Source: an uncultured Clostridiaceae bacterium
Lineage (GTDB): Bacteria > Bacillota > Clostridia > TANB77 > CAG-465
Length of the DNA: 64,000 bases
NCBI GenBank assembly: GCA_964371585.1
Contig: CAYJMD010000001.1
Coordinates: forward strand, 175,049-239,048
Reading direction: 5' to 3'
Below, in pieces: positions 1 to 9,855 of this stretch (positions are counted from its first letter, which is position 1; every line of letters begins with the position of its first letter). A program made the translations under genes and the position numbers. The notes below the pieces were generated by a model that was given only the letters and a program-made list of their open reading frames with translations, made no database searches and was not told the DNA's origin.

Positions 1-1707
1 TTAAAACCTTATATAATTTTAATGATTATTTCAACAGTTTGTATATCAGTTCAAGCTGTAACTAATTTATATCTTCCAAATATAATGTCTGATATAATAG
101 ATCAAGGAATAATTGGACAAAGTTTAGATAAGGTTTATGAACTTGGAATAAATATGCTTGTTATAACATTTGTTGCTATGATATTTAATATTATTGCAAC
201 ATATGTAGCTTCAAGAGTTTCAGCAGGATATGCAAGAGATTTAAGAGCAGTTGTATACAAAAAAGTTCAAACATTCTCATTAACAGAGTTTAACAAGATT
301 AATACATCATCTCTTATAACAAGAACAACAAATGATGTGACTCAAATACAAAATCTTGTTAATATGTTACTTAGAATGATGGTAATGGCTCCACTTATGT
401 GTATAGGTGGTATAATTATGGCTGTAAATACAAATGTTGAATTATCATTTATGTTTATAGTTATGATTCCTCTTATACTTTTATTTATAATTTTACTTGC
501 AAGAAAAATAGTTCCACTATTTTCTAAAGTGCAAGAAAATACAGATAAATTAAATCAAATAGTAAGAGAAAAATTAACAGGTGTTAAAGTTATAAGAAGT
601 TTTAACACAGAAAAAATAGAAAAAGAAAGATTTGATAAAGGAAGTAAAGCAATATATGATGTATCTATAAAGACTGCTAATATAATGTCTATATTAATGC
701 CTATGATTATGTTCTTTATCAATGTATCATCAGTTGTTATTATTTGGCTAGGAAGTGATTTAATAGCATCATCTGCACTTGAAATAGGAGATATGTTAGC
801 TTTCATGCAGTACGCTATGCAAGTATTATTCTCTATATTAATGGTTGTAATAATGTTTGTTACGATTCCAAGAGCTATTGTTTCAGCTAAAAGAATTGGT
901 GAAGTTTTAGATATTGAACCTAAAATAAAAGATGGTAATAATAAAATAAAAGAAGAAAATAAAGGTCAAATTGAATTTAAAAATGTTTCATATAGTTTTG
1001 AAAATAGTGATGAAGAAGTTTTAAATGATATTAGTTTTAAAATAAATAAAGGAGAAACTACAGCTATAATAGGAGCTACAGGTAGTGGTAAATCTACTAT
1101 ACTTAATCTATTACTTAGATTCTATGAAGCTTCTAAAGGAGAAGTTAAAGTTGCAGGAGAAAATGTTAAAGATTTAAAACTTGAAGATTTAAGAAATATG
1201 GTAGGATATGTACCACAAAAAATCAATCTATTTAGTGGAACTATAAGATCTAATATTATGTATGGTGATAATAGTGCAAGTGAGGAAAGATTACTTGAAG
1301 CTACTAAAGCTGCAGAAGCTTTTGAATTTGTAAATAATCAACCAGATAAATTTGATGAAGAAGTTGCTCAAGGTGGAACTAACTATTCAGGTGGACAAAA
1401 ACAAAGAATGTCTATTGCAAGAGCACTTATTAAAGATGCAGATATTTATGTGTTTGATGACAGTTTTTCAGCACTTGATTATGCAACAGATAAGAAATTA
1501 AGAAAAAATCTAGAAACTTATGCTAAAGATAAGACTATTATCATAGTAGCACAAAGAGTAGCAACAGTTTTAAATGCAGATAATATTATATTTATTGATG
1601 AAGGTAAAATTGTTGATATAGGAAATCATAAAGAATTATTTGAAAGATCTCCAGAATATAAGGAAATAGTTCTTTCACAAATTACACTTGAGGAGGCGAC
1701 TAGATAA
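1..1707 (+). CDS. ABC exporter subunit with fused permease and ATPase; 5' end truncated by the window edge
   Basis: The frame is open from nt 1 (LKPYIIL precedes the first Met). An N-terminal multi-TM exporter domain is followed by Walker A GATGSGKST, signature YSGGQKQR and Walker B IYVFDD. The stop overlaps the next start as TAATG. Confidence 0.9.
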   Translation, partial: LKPYIILMIISTVCISVQAVTNLYLPNIMSDIIDQGIIGQSLDKVYELGINMLVITFVAMIFNIIATYVASRVSAGYARDLRAVVYKKVQTFSLTEFNKINTSSLITRTTNDVTQIQNLVNMLLRMMVMAPLMCIGGIIMAVNTNVELSFMFIVMIPLILLFIILLARKIVPLFSKVQENTDKLNQIVREKLTGVKVIRSFNTEKIEKERFDKGSKAIYDVSIKTANIMSILMPMIMFFINVSSVVIIWLGSDLIASSALEIGDMLAFMQYAMQVLFSILMVVIMFVTIPRAIVSAKRIGEVLDIEPKIKDGNNKIKEENKGQIEFKNVSYSFENSDEEVLNDISFKINKGETTAIIGATGSGKSTILNLLLRFYEASKGEVKVAGENVKDLKLEDLRNMVGYVPQKINLFSGTIRSNIMYGDNSASEERLLEATKAAEAFEFVNNQPDKFDEEVAQGGTNYSGGQKQRMSIARALIKDADIYVFDDSFSALDYATDKKLRKNLETYAKDKTIIIVAQRVATVLNADNIIFIDEGKIVDIGNHKELFERSPEYKEIVLSQITLEEATR

Positions 1708-3707
1708 TGGAAAATAAAGAAGTTAAAAAAAGTTCTGTAGGATCTGGTTTTGGCCCAGGTGGTGGAGGCAAAGTTATTGAAAAGCCGAAAAATTTTAAAA
1801 ATACAGTTAAGAGATTAGTTAAATATATAGGTAGCTATAATAAATGGATAATAACAATAATTATACTATTAACACTTGGTACAGTACTATCAGTTATATC
1901 ACCTAAAATACTTGGAAACGCTACAACTGAGCTTGCAGAAAATGTTATGAATATAATGGTATATGATAGCATGCAAGAAGTTTTAACTCAGCTACCAGAA
2001 GCTGTAAAAGCTACACTTGGTAGTGATGCTACAGTAGCAGATTTAGAAAAAATGGGTATATTGCCAGAAGAAGCTACAAGTAATTTAACAGATGATATGA
2101 GAAATATTAAATTATTTGTTAGACCAGAAATAAACTTTGATTATATAAGACAAATACTACTTACTATTTTAGGTATATATATATTAAGTGCTATACTTAC
2201 ATATATATCAAATAGAGCTATGGCATATATTGCAAATAAAGTTACATATAAATTGCGTTTAGAAATAGATGAAAAACTTGCAAATGTACCACTTAAGTAT
2301 TATGATTCAAATACACATGGTGATATATTATCTAGAGTAACAAATGATATAGATACAATTAACATGACACTTCAACAATCAATGGTACAAATAATACAAT
2401 CTGTACTTACAATTATAGGTATATTTATTATGATGCTTACTATAAGCATTACAATGAGTGCAGCTGCAATTCTTGTAATACCAGTATCACTTATTTGTAT
2501 AGCAACAATTGTTAAAATGTCACAAAAATATTTCAAAAGAAATCAAGAAATGATTGGTAAAATAAATGGACATATAGAAGAGACTTATTCATCTGCCGTT
2601 ATTGTAAAATCATTTAACATGGAAGATAAAGAGTTTAATGAATTTAACGAAGTAAACAATGATTTATATAAACAAGGGTTAAAGTCACAATTTTTATCAG
2701 GACTTATGATGCCAGCAATAGGTATGGTAAATCATTTAGGATATATAGCAATATGTATTTTGGGTGCTCAGCTTGCAATAGAAGGAAAAATGAGTATAGG
2801 TGATATACAAGCGTTTATTCAATATACAAATCAGTTCCAACAACCTTTATCTCAGACAGCAAATATATTTACTGTAATTCAATCAGCAATAGCTGCAGCA
2901 GAAAGAGTATTTGAAGTTTTAGATGCTGAAAATCAAAGTGAAAATCCTGTAAATGCTAAAAATATAGAAAAAGTAGAAGGTAAAGTAGAATTTGAAGAAG
3001 TTTGTTTCGGATACGAAAAAGATAAACCAATAATTAAAAATTGGACTTTAACTGCAAATCCTGGAGAAACAATAGCTATAGTAGGTCCTACTGGAAGTGG
3101 GAAAACAACAATGGTAAACTTACTTATGAAATTCTATGATATAGATTCAGGAAATATTAAAGTTGACTCTGTATCTATACTTGATATGAATAGAGAAGAT
3201 GTAAGATCTAAATTTGCAATGGTACTACAAGATACATGGTTATTTAGTGGAACGATAAGAAGTAATTTAAGATATGCAAAACCTGATGCAACAGATGAAG
3301 AAATATATAAAGCTGCTGAGCTTGCACATGTAGATCACTTTATTAAAGCACTTCCAAATGGTTATGACTTTATGATTAATGAAGATGCTTCAAATATATC
3401 AGATGGTCAAAAACAGTTACTTACAATAGCAAGAGCAATACTTGCAGATAGTCCAATATTAATTCTAGATGAAGCTACAAGTAATGTAGATACTCGTACA
3501 GAAGAATTAATTCAAAAAGCTATGAATAAGCTTATGGAAGGTAGAACTTCATTTGTTATTGCACATAGATTATCGACAATTAAAAATGCTGATAAAATAG
3601 TAGTAATGAATAAAGGTGAAATAATAGAAGAAGGTAAACATGATGAACTTCTTAATTTAGATGGACAATATGCAAAATTATATAACAGTCAGTTTAGTGA
3701 AGATTAG
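1707..3707 (+). CDS. ABC exporter subunit with fused permease and ATPase; partner of the upstream gene
   Basis: Walker A GPTGSGKTT, signature ISDGQKQL and Walker B ILILDEATS are present, followed by an H-loop AHRLST. It is translationally coupled to the upstream half-transporter. A long hydrophilic insert sits after TM1. Confidence 0.9.
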   Translation: MENKEVKKSSVGSGFGPGGGGKVIEKPKNFKNTVKRLVKYIGSYNKWIITIIILLTLGTVLSVISPKILGNATTELAENVMNIMVYDSMQEVLTQLPEAVKATLGSDATVADLEKMGILPEEATSNLTDDMRNIKLFVRPEINFDYIRQILLTILGIYILSAILTYISNRAMAYIANKVTYKLRLEIDEKLANVPLKYYDSNTHGDILSRVTNDIDTINMTLQQSMVQIIQSVLTIIGIFIMMLTISITMSAAAILVIPVSLICIATIVKMSQKYFKRNQEMIGKINGHIEETYSSAVIVKSFNMEDKEFNEFNEVNNDLYKQGLKSQFLSGLMMPAIGMVNHLGYIAICILGAQLAIEGKMSIGDIQAFIQYTNQFQQPLSQTANIFTVIQSAIAAAERVFEVLDAENQSENPVNAKNIEKVEGKVEFEEVCFGYEKDKPIIKNWTLTANPGETIAIVGPTGSGKTTMVNLLMKFYDIDSGNIKVDSVSILDMNREDVRSKFAMVLQDTWLFSGTIRSNLRYAKPDATDEEIYKAAELAHVDHFIKALPNGYDFMINEDASNISDGQKQLLTIARAILADSPILILDEATSNVDTRTEELIQKAMNKLMEGRTSFVIAHRLSTIKNADKIVVMNKGEIIEEGKHDELLNLDGQYAKLYNSQFSED

Positions 3708-3733
3708 TAATTAATAATAAAATTGACATAGTA

Positions 3734-3777
3734 AAAGAGTAATAGTTGAGATGCTATTACTCTTTTTATTGTTTTTT
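3734..3777. terminator. Bidirectional intrinsic terminator between the convergent ABC and GT51 genes
   Basis: Hairpin AAAGAGTAATAG / CTATTACTCTTT is followed by a T-run on the + strand. Confidence 0.7.
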
Positions 3778-3802
3778 ATTAATTTGATTTTACTTAATTT
3801 TA

Positions 3803-4537
3803 TTAATCTAATTTATCAAAAATATAACTATTTGTTTCTTTTATTTCTAAGGCATCAGTATCACTTATTGTACCTTCAGAAATCATTGCATCTACAACTT
3901 GATTTTGTCTTTGATATGAATGCTCAGAGTTATTACTTAGAGCATATACACTTGGTGCATTAGGAAGACCTGCAAGTAATGTTTGTTCATATATTGTAAG
4001 ATCTTCAGGTGACTTATTAAAATATCCTATTGAAGCATCATATATTCCAGTATATCCATCACCGTAGTATATTTTGTTTACATATAGTTCAAGTATTTCA
4101 TCTTTATCATTTAAATAGTTTTCAATATCCATAGCAACAAACAGTTCTGCTACTTTTCTTGTGAATTTTTTTTCTTGTGAGAAATATAAATTTTTAGCTA
4201 GTTGTTGAGTTATACTACTACCACCTTCACTTAAACTTAAAGTTAGTACGTTAGTAATCATAGCTCTGCCTGTAGAAATGATATCAAATCCATTATGTTC
4301 ATAAAAACGTTTATCTTCAATTGCAACAACAGCGTCAAAATATGAAGCTGGAATGTTTTCTTTTTCTACATAATTTTCAGATTCTCTAAGTAATGTTATA
4401 GTATCTTCAATAGATGTCTTAGAAATGACATCCTGGTATAATAAATAACCATCAATACATACATATGCTACTGCTAGAAAAGCTATAAATAATATTACTA
4501 TAATTATTTTTGTTATTAGTTTAAAAATAGATTTCAT
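3803..4537 (-). CDS. Monofunctional peptidoglycan glycosyltransferase (GT51 family)
   Basis: It has an N-terminal membrane anchor and the GT51 motifs EDKRFYEHNGFD and GGSSITQQLAKN, with no transpeptidase domain. The start is moved to the ATG at 4537 because GGAGG lies 5 nt upstream; the ORF-track start at 4549 overlaps that RBS. Confidence 0.85.
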   Translation of the reverse strand: MKSIFKLITKIIIVILFIAFLAVAYVCIDGYLLYQDVISKTSIEDTITLLRESENYVEKENIPASYFDAVVAIEDKRFYEHNGFDIISTGRAMITNVLTLSLSEGGSSITQQLAKNLYFSQEKKFTRKVAELFVAMDIENYLNDKDEILELYVNKIYYGDGYTGIYDASIGYFNKSPEDLTIYEQTLLAGLPNAPSVYALSNNSEHSYQRQNQVVDAMISEGTISDTDALEIKETNSYIFDKLD

Positions 4538-4663
4538 ATATACCTCCATATATCAAATATTATACAGTATTAAAAGGAAATTGTCAAAAAGTTATATAGT
4601 ATAATATTGTATTATTAGTATTATAATATCTGAAAGTGACATGTATGTGACAGTTTAAGAAAA

Positions 4664-4705
4664 AAGTAAAAATCCTACTTAAATTAATAAGTAAGATTTT
4701 TATTT
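4664..4705 (-). terminator. Intrinsic terminator for the 577-aa orphan gene
   Basis: An imperfect hairpin (AAAAATCCTACTTA / TAAGTAAGATTTTT) is followed by a T-run on the minus strand. Confidence 0.55.
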
Positions 4706-4742
4706 AAACATTATTTTATTTTCTTCAGTAGGTAATTATTTT

Positions 4743-6476
4743 TTATAACATATTTTTTTTAAAACGTTTTGGTGATTTTAAGGAGAATATATTAAGTATA
4801 TTAAATAAACTAGGTTTATTTGTATATAGCATAGGTAAATTTTCATTATTATTTATTAAAGTATATTTTTCAGAAAGGTTTAATAATTCAAACTTAATAT
4901 CATCCATATTAGAGTCATCTATTAGTACTATATATTCTATATTATTAGCTATAATTAAAAGTAATTTTTCTGTTTTAGCGTCATAAATATATACATCATT
5001 AATAGATATATTGTTAAATTCTAAATAGGTAGTTCTAAGTGATGTAAATAATTTTTCAATACTTTCAGTTTCTTTTATATTAGTGTTAATTATATGTTTT
5101 AAATTTTTAGAGTTTAAGAATTCTACATTATTATGTCCTAAATTTTCTTTAGGATCTTTGCATAAATCTTTTATATATACAAGTTCATTTAAAAGACCAC
5201 TATTTATCATAACACAAATATCATCACTATTTTCATTAATACCTTGTACAATTCTAAATGTTAAATCTTCGTATAATCTAATATATTTTTCTTTACCTAA
5301 CATATAGTCAGCTAAGTAGTATTTAAGTTTACTAACTAAATTTGTACATGAACTTTCATTAGAATGAATAACATCATACGTTATAGAATTAAATATTTCT
5401 ATGTGTATTTTTGAACTTTTTAATATTAGCATGTCTTCAAGTTTTTTCAAATATATAACATAAGTATCTTTAGCAAAATTTTCTTTTTCCTCTATTACTT
5501 TTGTAATAAATAATGTTTGGATATCGGTTATTTCTGTTAATATATCTGTTTCGAGTTCATCTAGTTTTTCTGTCAAACTTAGTTCTAAAGCAGTGTAGTT
5601 ATTATCTAGATCTTTTTCATCATGCTTATTATGATTGATTTTGTTTAGTACAGTTTTAACAGTTCTAATTAGTTCATTTTCTCTTTTATATAACTCAGTT
5701 ATATCAATTTTTTTCTTTATTGAATTTTGTTTTATTTTTAAAAAATTATCATTTAATAATCTGTTAAAGTAGCATAGTTTATTATAGTTAGAATAAGTTC
5801 TACTTATAATATCAAATAATTTGTATATTTTATCTAAATCATGTTTTTTAAGGAAAGAAGAGCCTTTGTAAGAAAATAGATTAGCATATAAGCTTTCTTC
5901 GCTTATTCTATATATAAAACAAATTTGTCTTAGTAATTTTCCTTCTAGAAAGTAAATGTCATTATCAGCTATAATGTTATAACCTAAAAAATTATTTTGA
6001 TAACTTCTATAAGTTGGCATCAAACTCAATGATTGGGGTAGAGTATATAATAATCTACAAGTAAGATTAGATAATACTGCTCTATTAAATCCAAAATTAT
6101 AATGCTTTGGTTTATAATTTTCTTTAGCAAGTTTAGCCTCAGAATACCCAATTAAAAAATGTTTGTCATTTACTTGTTTAGTACATAAAACATAAAGAAG
6201 TCTTAGATATACAGCTTGAATATTTGTTATGTCTTTTATATACAGCTCTTTTTTTAAGGCATCGTAGTAACCTGTTTTATAATCCAATAAGTCTTTACTA
6301 CCAGTTAGAACAACGTCAATATTCGTATATAATTTTTTATATAATTTATTAACATCGAGTTTAGAAATATATCCAAATTCTAGTAATTTAGAAATAAGGG
6401 AATTAATTATATTTATAAAATCATCAGTTAAATTACACTTTTTTTGCAATTTTAATAGATAACTATTTTTCATCAT
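4743..6476 (-). CDS. Hypothetical protein of 577 aa with no recognisable domain
   Basis: This is a long uninterrupted ORF. GGAGG lies 7 nt upstream of the ATGATG at 6476-6471. The 32-codon extension in the ORF track has no RBS. Confidence 0.7.
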   Translation of the reverse strand: MMKNSYLLKLQKKCNLTDDFINIINSLISKLLEFGYISKLDVNKLYKKLYTNIDVVLTGSKDLLDYKTGYYDALKKELYIKDITNIQAVYLRLLYVLCTKQVNDKHFLIGYSEAKLAKENYKPKHYNFGFNRAVLSNLTCRLLYTLPQSLSLMPTYRSYQNNFLGYNIIADNDIYFLEGKLLRQICFIYRISEESLYANLFSYKGSSFLKKHDLDKIYKLFDIISRTYSNYNKLCYFNRLLNDNFLKIKQNSIKKKIDITELYKRENELIRTVKTVLNKINHNKHDEKDLDNNYTALELSLTEKLDELETDILTEITDIQTLFITKVIEEKENFAKDTYVIYLKKLEDMLILKSSKIHIEIFNSITYDVIHSNESSCTNLVSKLKYYLADYMLGKEKYIRLYEDLTFRIVQGINENSDDICVMINSGLLNELVYIKDLCKDPKENLGHNNVEFLNSKNLKHIINTNIKETESIEKLFTSLRTTYLEFNNISINDVYIYDAKTEKLLLIIANNIEYIVLIDDSNMDDIKFELLNLSEKYTLINNNENLPMLYTNKPSLFNILNIFSLKSPKRFKKNML

Positions 6477-6685
6477 ATGTAAACCTCCGTATATACAAAT
6501 ATTGTATAACAAAAATAAAAAAAATACAATAAAAAATAATGAAATATTTGTGATATTTATTAATTTTTTCAAAAAATAGTAAGTTAACTGTAATATGTAA
6601 TATTAGTGTAATATTTATACAAATTTATACATTTTTTTAATATTGTTTTTAAATGAAATATTTATACATATATGAATTTATTTTG

Positions 6686-6714
6686 TTGACAAACAAACTT
6701 TTGTTTGATATAAT
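6686..6714 (+). promoter_or_regulatory. Sigma-A type promoter of rmuC
   Basis: TTGACA (6686-6691), a 17-nt spacer, then TGATATAAT with TATAAT at 6709-6714. Confidence 0.6.
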
Positions 6715-6740
6715 TACTTATATAAAAGGAAGGTAAATAT

Positions 6741-7979
6741 ATGGATATAACAATAATAATGCTTGGTATTGTTATACTATTATTAATAATTGTAATAGTA
6801 CAAAACATACTAAAAAACAAATCAAATGAAATAAAAGAAGAAAATATAAAATTAAGACAAGAACTTTCAGGACTTCTTATGCAAACAAGAGAAGAGATAT
6901 CTAAAAACATAGGTAATAAATTAGTAGAGACAACTAATATACAACAAGTTGGACTTGCTAATTTAACTACTATGAATGAAACAAAACTTGAGAATATAAG
7001 AAAATCAGTTGAAGATAAATTATCATCTATTCAAAAAGATAATGGTGAAAAACTAGAAAAAATGAGAATGACAGTTGACGAAAAACTTCATAATACACTT
7101 GAAAAAAGATTAGGTGAATCATTTAAACTTGTAAATGATAGACTTGAATCAGTATATAAAGGTTTAGGAGAAATGCAAACTTTAGCACAAGGAGTTGGAG
7201 ATTTAAAAAAAGTATTTACTAATGTTAAATCTAGAGGTTTTTGGGGAGAGATTGGACTTGGTAATATCTTAGAACAGTTTTTAACAAAAGATCAATATTT
7301 ATGTAGTGTTAAAACTAAACCTAAATCAAATGATTTTGTTGAGTTTGCTATAAAATTACCTGGTAAAGAAGATTCAGATATGGTGCTACTACCAGTTGAT
7401 TCTAAGTTTCCTATTGAAGATTATACAAGACTTGTTGATGCTGAAGAAAAAGGTGATGTTGAAGCTGTTAATGAATCTAGAAAAAAACTATATAATTCAA
7501 TTAAACTATTTGCTAAAGATATAAATGAAAAATATATTGAAACACCCTATACAACTGATTTTGGTATCATGTTTTTACCAACTGAAAGTTTATACTGTGA
7601 AGTTGTAAGAAATACAGATTTATGCGAAGTATTAACTCAGAAGTATAGAGTTGTTGTAAGTGGACCAACTACATTTGTAGCACTTTTAAATAGTCTTCAA
7701 CTTGGATTTAAAACTTTAGCTATAGAAAAACGTTCTTCAGAAGTATGGCAATTACTTGGAATTGTTAAATCTGAATTTGGTAAGTTTGGTGACTTACTTG
7801 AAAAAACAAATAAAAAGTTGGTTGAAATATCTAATACGATGGAACAAGCAACTAGAAAAACTAGAACAATAGAAAGAAAATTAAAAAAAGTAGAAGCTCT
7901 TGAAGTTTCTTCAGAAGATAATTTTTATGAATTAGATTCGTATGATCTTTTAGAAGAAGCTAAAAATGAAGAAGAATAA
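6741..7979 (+). CDS. rmuC: DNA recombination protein RmuC
   Basis: It has an N-terminal TM helix, a long coiled-coil and a C-terminal RmuC-type nuclease-like region (LPVDSKFPIEDY, MFLPTESLY). Size and architecture are typical of the family. Confidence 0.8.
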   Translation: MDITIIMLGIVILLLIIVIVQNILKNKSNEIKEENIKLRQELSGLLMQTREEISKNIGNKLVETTNIQQVGLANLTTMNETKLENIRKSVEDKLSSIQKDNGEKLEKMRMTVDEKLHNTLEKRLGESFKLVNDRLESVYKGLGEMQTLAQGVGDLKKVFTNVKSRGFWGEIGLGNILEQFLTKDQYLCSVKTKPKSNDFVEFAIKLPGKEDSDMVLLPVDSKFPIEDYTRLVDAEEKGDVEAVNESRKKLYNSIKLFAKDINEKYIETPYTTDFGIMFLPTESLYCEVVRNTDLCEVLTQKYRVVVSGPTTFVALLNSLQLGFKTLAIEKRSSEVWQLLGIVKSEFGKFGDLLEKTNKKLVEISNTMEQATRKTRTIERKLKKVEALEVSSEDNFYELDSYDLLEEAKNEEE

Positions 7980-7998
7980 TACTATATAATGTAAACAG

Positions 7999-8039
7999 CA
8001 ATCTTTGTATTTATTTAAATATAAAGATTGTTTTTTTTA
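7999..8039 (+). terminator. Intrinsic terminator after rmuC
   Basis: Hairpin CAATCTTTGTAT / ATATAAAGATTG is followed by T8. Confidence 0.7.
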
Positions 8040-8138
8040 TATGAATTAAAAAACTTTACAAATCGCATAAAGTGTGGTAGAATATATTAGAAATTTTGTA
8101 TTAATATATACAATATTGTTATAAGGAGATGGAAACAA

Positions 8139-9503
8139 ATGAGTAAAGTAAAAGCTATAATACTTGCTGGTGGTAAAGGTACAAGAATGAAATCAGAACT
8201 TCCTAAAGTATTACACAAAGTATATGATAGACCAATTATAGATTATGTATGTGATGCATGTAAAAATGCTGATGTTGAAGAAATATATACAATTGTTGGT
8301 CATAAAGCTGAATTAGTAGAAGCTAATCTTGCTCCAAGAGAGTATGTTAAATGTGTTGTTCAAAAAGAACAACTTGGTACAGGTCATGCGGCTCTTCAAG
8401 CTGAAGAGTATATAAATGATGAAGATATGGTAGTTATAGTTAATGGTGATATGCCACTTATTTCTTCATATACAATTAAAGCATTTTTATCATTCTTAGA
8501 ATTAGGTAATTATGATGGTGCACTTGCATCAGCTGTATTTGATAAAACTCCAGCTTATGGTAGAGTAATTCGTGATGATATGGGTAATTTATCTAAAATA
8601 GTAGAACAAAAAGATTGTAATGAAGATGAACTTAAAGTAGAAGAAGTAAACATAGGATTATACTGTTTTAAAGGTAAATTCTTAAAAGAAGCATTTTCTA
8701 AATTAGATAATAATAATGCGCAACAAGAATATTATATAACAGATATTCCATACCATATAATAGCTGGTGGTGGAAGAATAGGTGTATACATGATTCAAGA
8801 TCCAGATGAAACACAAGGGGTTAACTCAAGAAGTGATTTATCTATTATAACAAAAACATTATTCAATAATACAAGACATAAACATATGGATGCAGGGGTT
8901 ACTTTAATAGATCCTTCTAATACATACATAAGTTTAGATGTAGAGATAGGAAGAGACACTATAATATATCCAGGGACAAATCTTCAAGGTAAAACAGTTA
9001 TTGGAGAAAATTGTATAATAGGGCCAAATTCTACAATAGTAAATAGTACTATTGGTAATAATACTAAAGTAGAAACTAGTAAAATAGAAGAAAGTATTGT
9101 AAAAGATAATTCTGTTATAGGTCCATTTGCTAATTTAAGAGTTGGAACTGAAGTAGGAAATAATGTACGTTTAGGAAGCTTTGTTGAAATTAAAAAATCA
9201 GTAATTGGTGACAAAACAAAATTACCTCATCTTGCATATATTGGTGATAGTGAAATAGGGCAAAATGTAGAACTTGCTTGTGGAGTTATTACTTGTAATA
9301 TGAATACTAAATATGAAAAAAATAAAACAATAGTTAAAGATAATGCTTTTGTTGGTGCAAACTCTGTTCTTCTTGCTCCAGTAGTAATAGAAGAAGATGC
9401 AGTTGTAGCTGCTAGTACAACAATTGGTGATAAACTTGCTAAAGGTGCACTTGGAATATCAAGAGCAAAAGTAGAAATTAAAGAAGGATATAATCAAAAA
9501 TAA
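8139..9503 (+). CDS. glmU: Bifunctional UDP-N-acetylglucosamine pyrophosphorylase / glucosamine-1-phosphate N-acetyltransferase
   Basis: The N-terminus carries LAGGKGTRMKSELPKVLH. The C-terminus is a left-handed beta-helix of hexapeptide repeats. At 454 aa it matches the usual size. Confidence 0.93.
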   Translation: MSKVKAIILAGGKGTRMKSELPKVLHKVYDRPIIDYVCDACKNADVEEIYTIVGHKAELVEANLAPREYVKCVVQKEQLGTGHAALQAEEYINDEDMVVIVNGDMPLISSYTIKAFLSFLELGNYDGALASAVFDKTPAYGRVIRDDMGNLSKIVEQKDCNEDELKVEEVNIGLYCFKGKFLKEAFSKLDNNNAQQEYYITDIPYHIIAGGGRIGVYMIQDPDETQGVNSRSDLSIITKTLFNNTRHKHMDAGVTLIDPSNTYISLDVEIGRDTIIYPGTNLQGKTVIGENCIIGPNSTIVNSTIGNNTKVETSKIEESIVKDNSVIGPFANLRVGTEVGNNVRLGSFVEIKKSVIGDKTKLPHLAYIGDSEIGQNVELACGVITCNMNTKYEKNKTIVKDNAFVGANSVLLAPVVIEEDAVVAASTTIGDKLAKGALGISRAKVEIKEGYNQK

Positions 9504-9563
9504 TTAACTAAAAGTTGCATATTAAAAATTATATAAAAATATTAAAAAATATTCAAAAAAATG

Positions 9564-9592
9564 TTGACAAACTAAAAATAATATGGTAATAT
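9564..9592 (+). promoter_or_regulatory. Promoter of the stand-alone tRNA-Leu gene
   Basis: TTGACA (9564-9569), a 17-nt spacer, then TGGTAATAT as an extended -10. Confidence 0.6.
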
Positions 9593-9608
9593 ATATAACA
9601 TATGCAAC

Positions 9609-9692
9609 GCGAGTATGGCGGAATTGGCAGACGCGCCGGACTTAGAATCCGGTATCTATGATGTGAAGGTTCAAGTCCTTTTACTCGCACCA
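9609..9692 (+). tRNA. tRNA-Leu (anticodon UAG)
   Basis: A cloverleaf was folded by hand. The acceptor stem is GCGAGTA/TACTCGC, the anticodon loop is CTTAGAA, the variable arm is long, the T-loop is TTCAAGT and CCA is encoded. Confidence 0.92.
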
Positions 9693-9700
9693 TATAATTA

Positions 9701-9730
9701 CACTAAAGTAGAAATACTTTAGTGTTTTTT
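9701..9730 (+). terminator. Intrinsic terminator after tRNA-Leu
   Basis: Hairpin CACTAAAGTA gaaa TACTTTAGTG is followed by T6. Confidence 0.8.
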
Positions 9731-9855
9731 ATTTGTATAATACTAAAGTTGAAGTTTACATAAATGTATGGTATAATTAATAGTGAACAAATTTTTTATA
9801 AGAGGCATAATTATGCATAAATGGTTAGTTAAACTAAATTTAGGAGGACTTAAAA

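Noticed and set aside
555-806. An 83-aa minus-strand ORF inside the first ABC transporter gene. The same applies to the antisense ORFs at 5083-5307, 8984-9214, 13102-13290, 15085-15315, 15355-15900, 15602-15784, 22113-22415, 22767-23006, 23219-23401, 24938-25195, 26412-26603, 29646-29840, 30604-30801, 32571-33041, 32971-33231, 34024-34305, 35214-35465, 35769-36059, 37957-38373, 38585-38989, 39269-39553, 39704-40027, 43531-43725, 44650-44862, 46140-46454, 48520-48708, 50410-50616, 54217-54435, 55822-56163, 56234-56506, 57146-57379, 60137-60349 and 62257-62523.
   Set aside because: Each lies entirely antisense to, or out of frame within, a gene with strong motif support. Their translations are low-complexity (S/L/I/F-rich) and they lack an RBS. 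They are typical shadow ORFs of AT-rich DNA.
3751-3963. A 70-aa plus-strand ORF after the ABC operon.
   Set aside because: It starts inside the terminator hairpin, runs antisense into the 3' end of the GT51 gene and translates as L/F/Y-rich nonsense.
6662-6910. An 82-aa minus-strand ORF across the rmuC promoter and start.
   Set aside because: It overlaps the rmuC promoter and 5' coding region on the opposite strand, and it has no RBS and a low-complexity translation.
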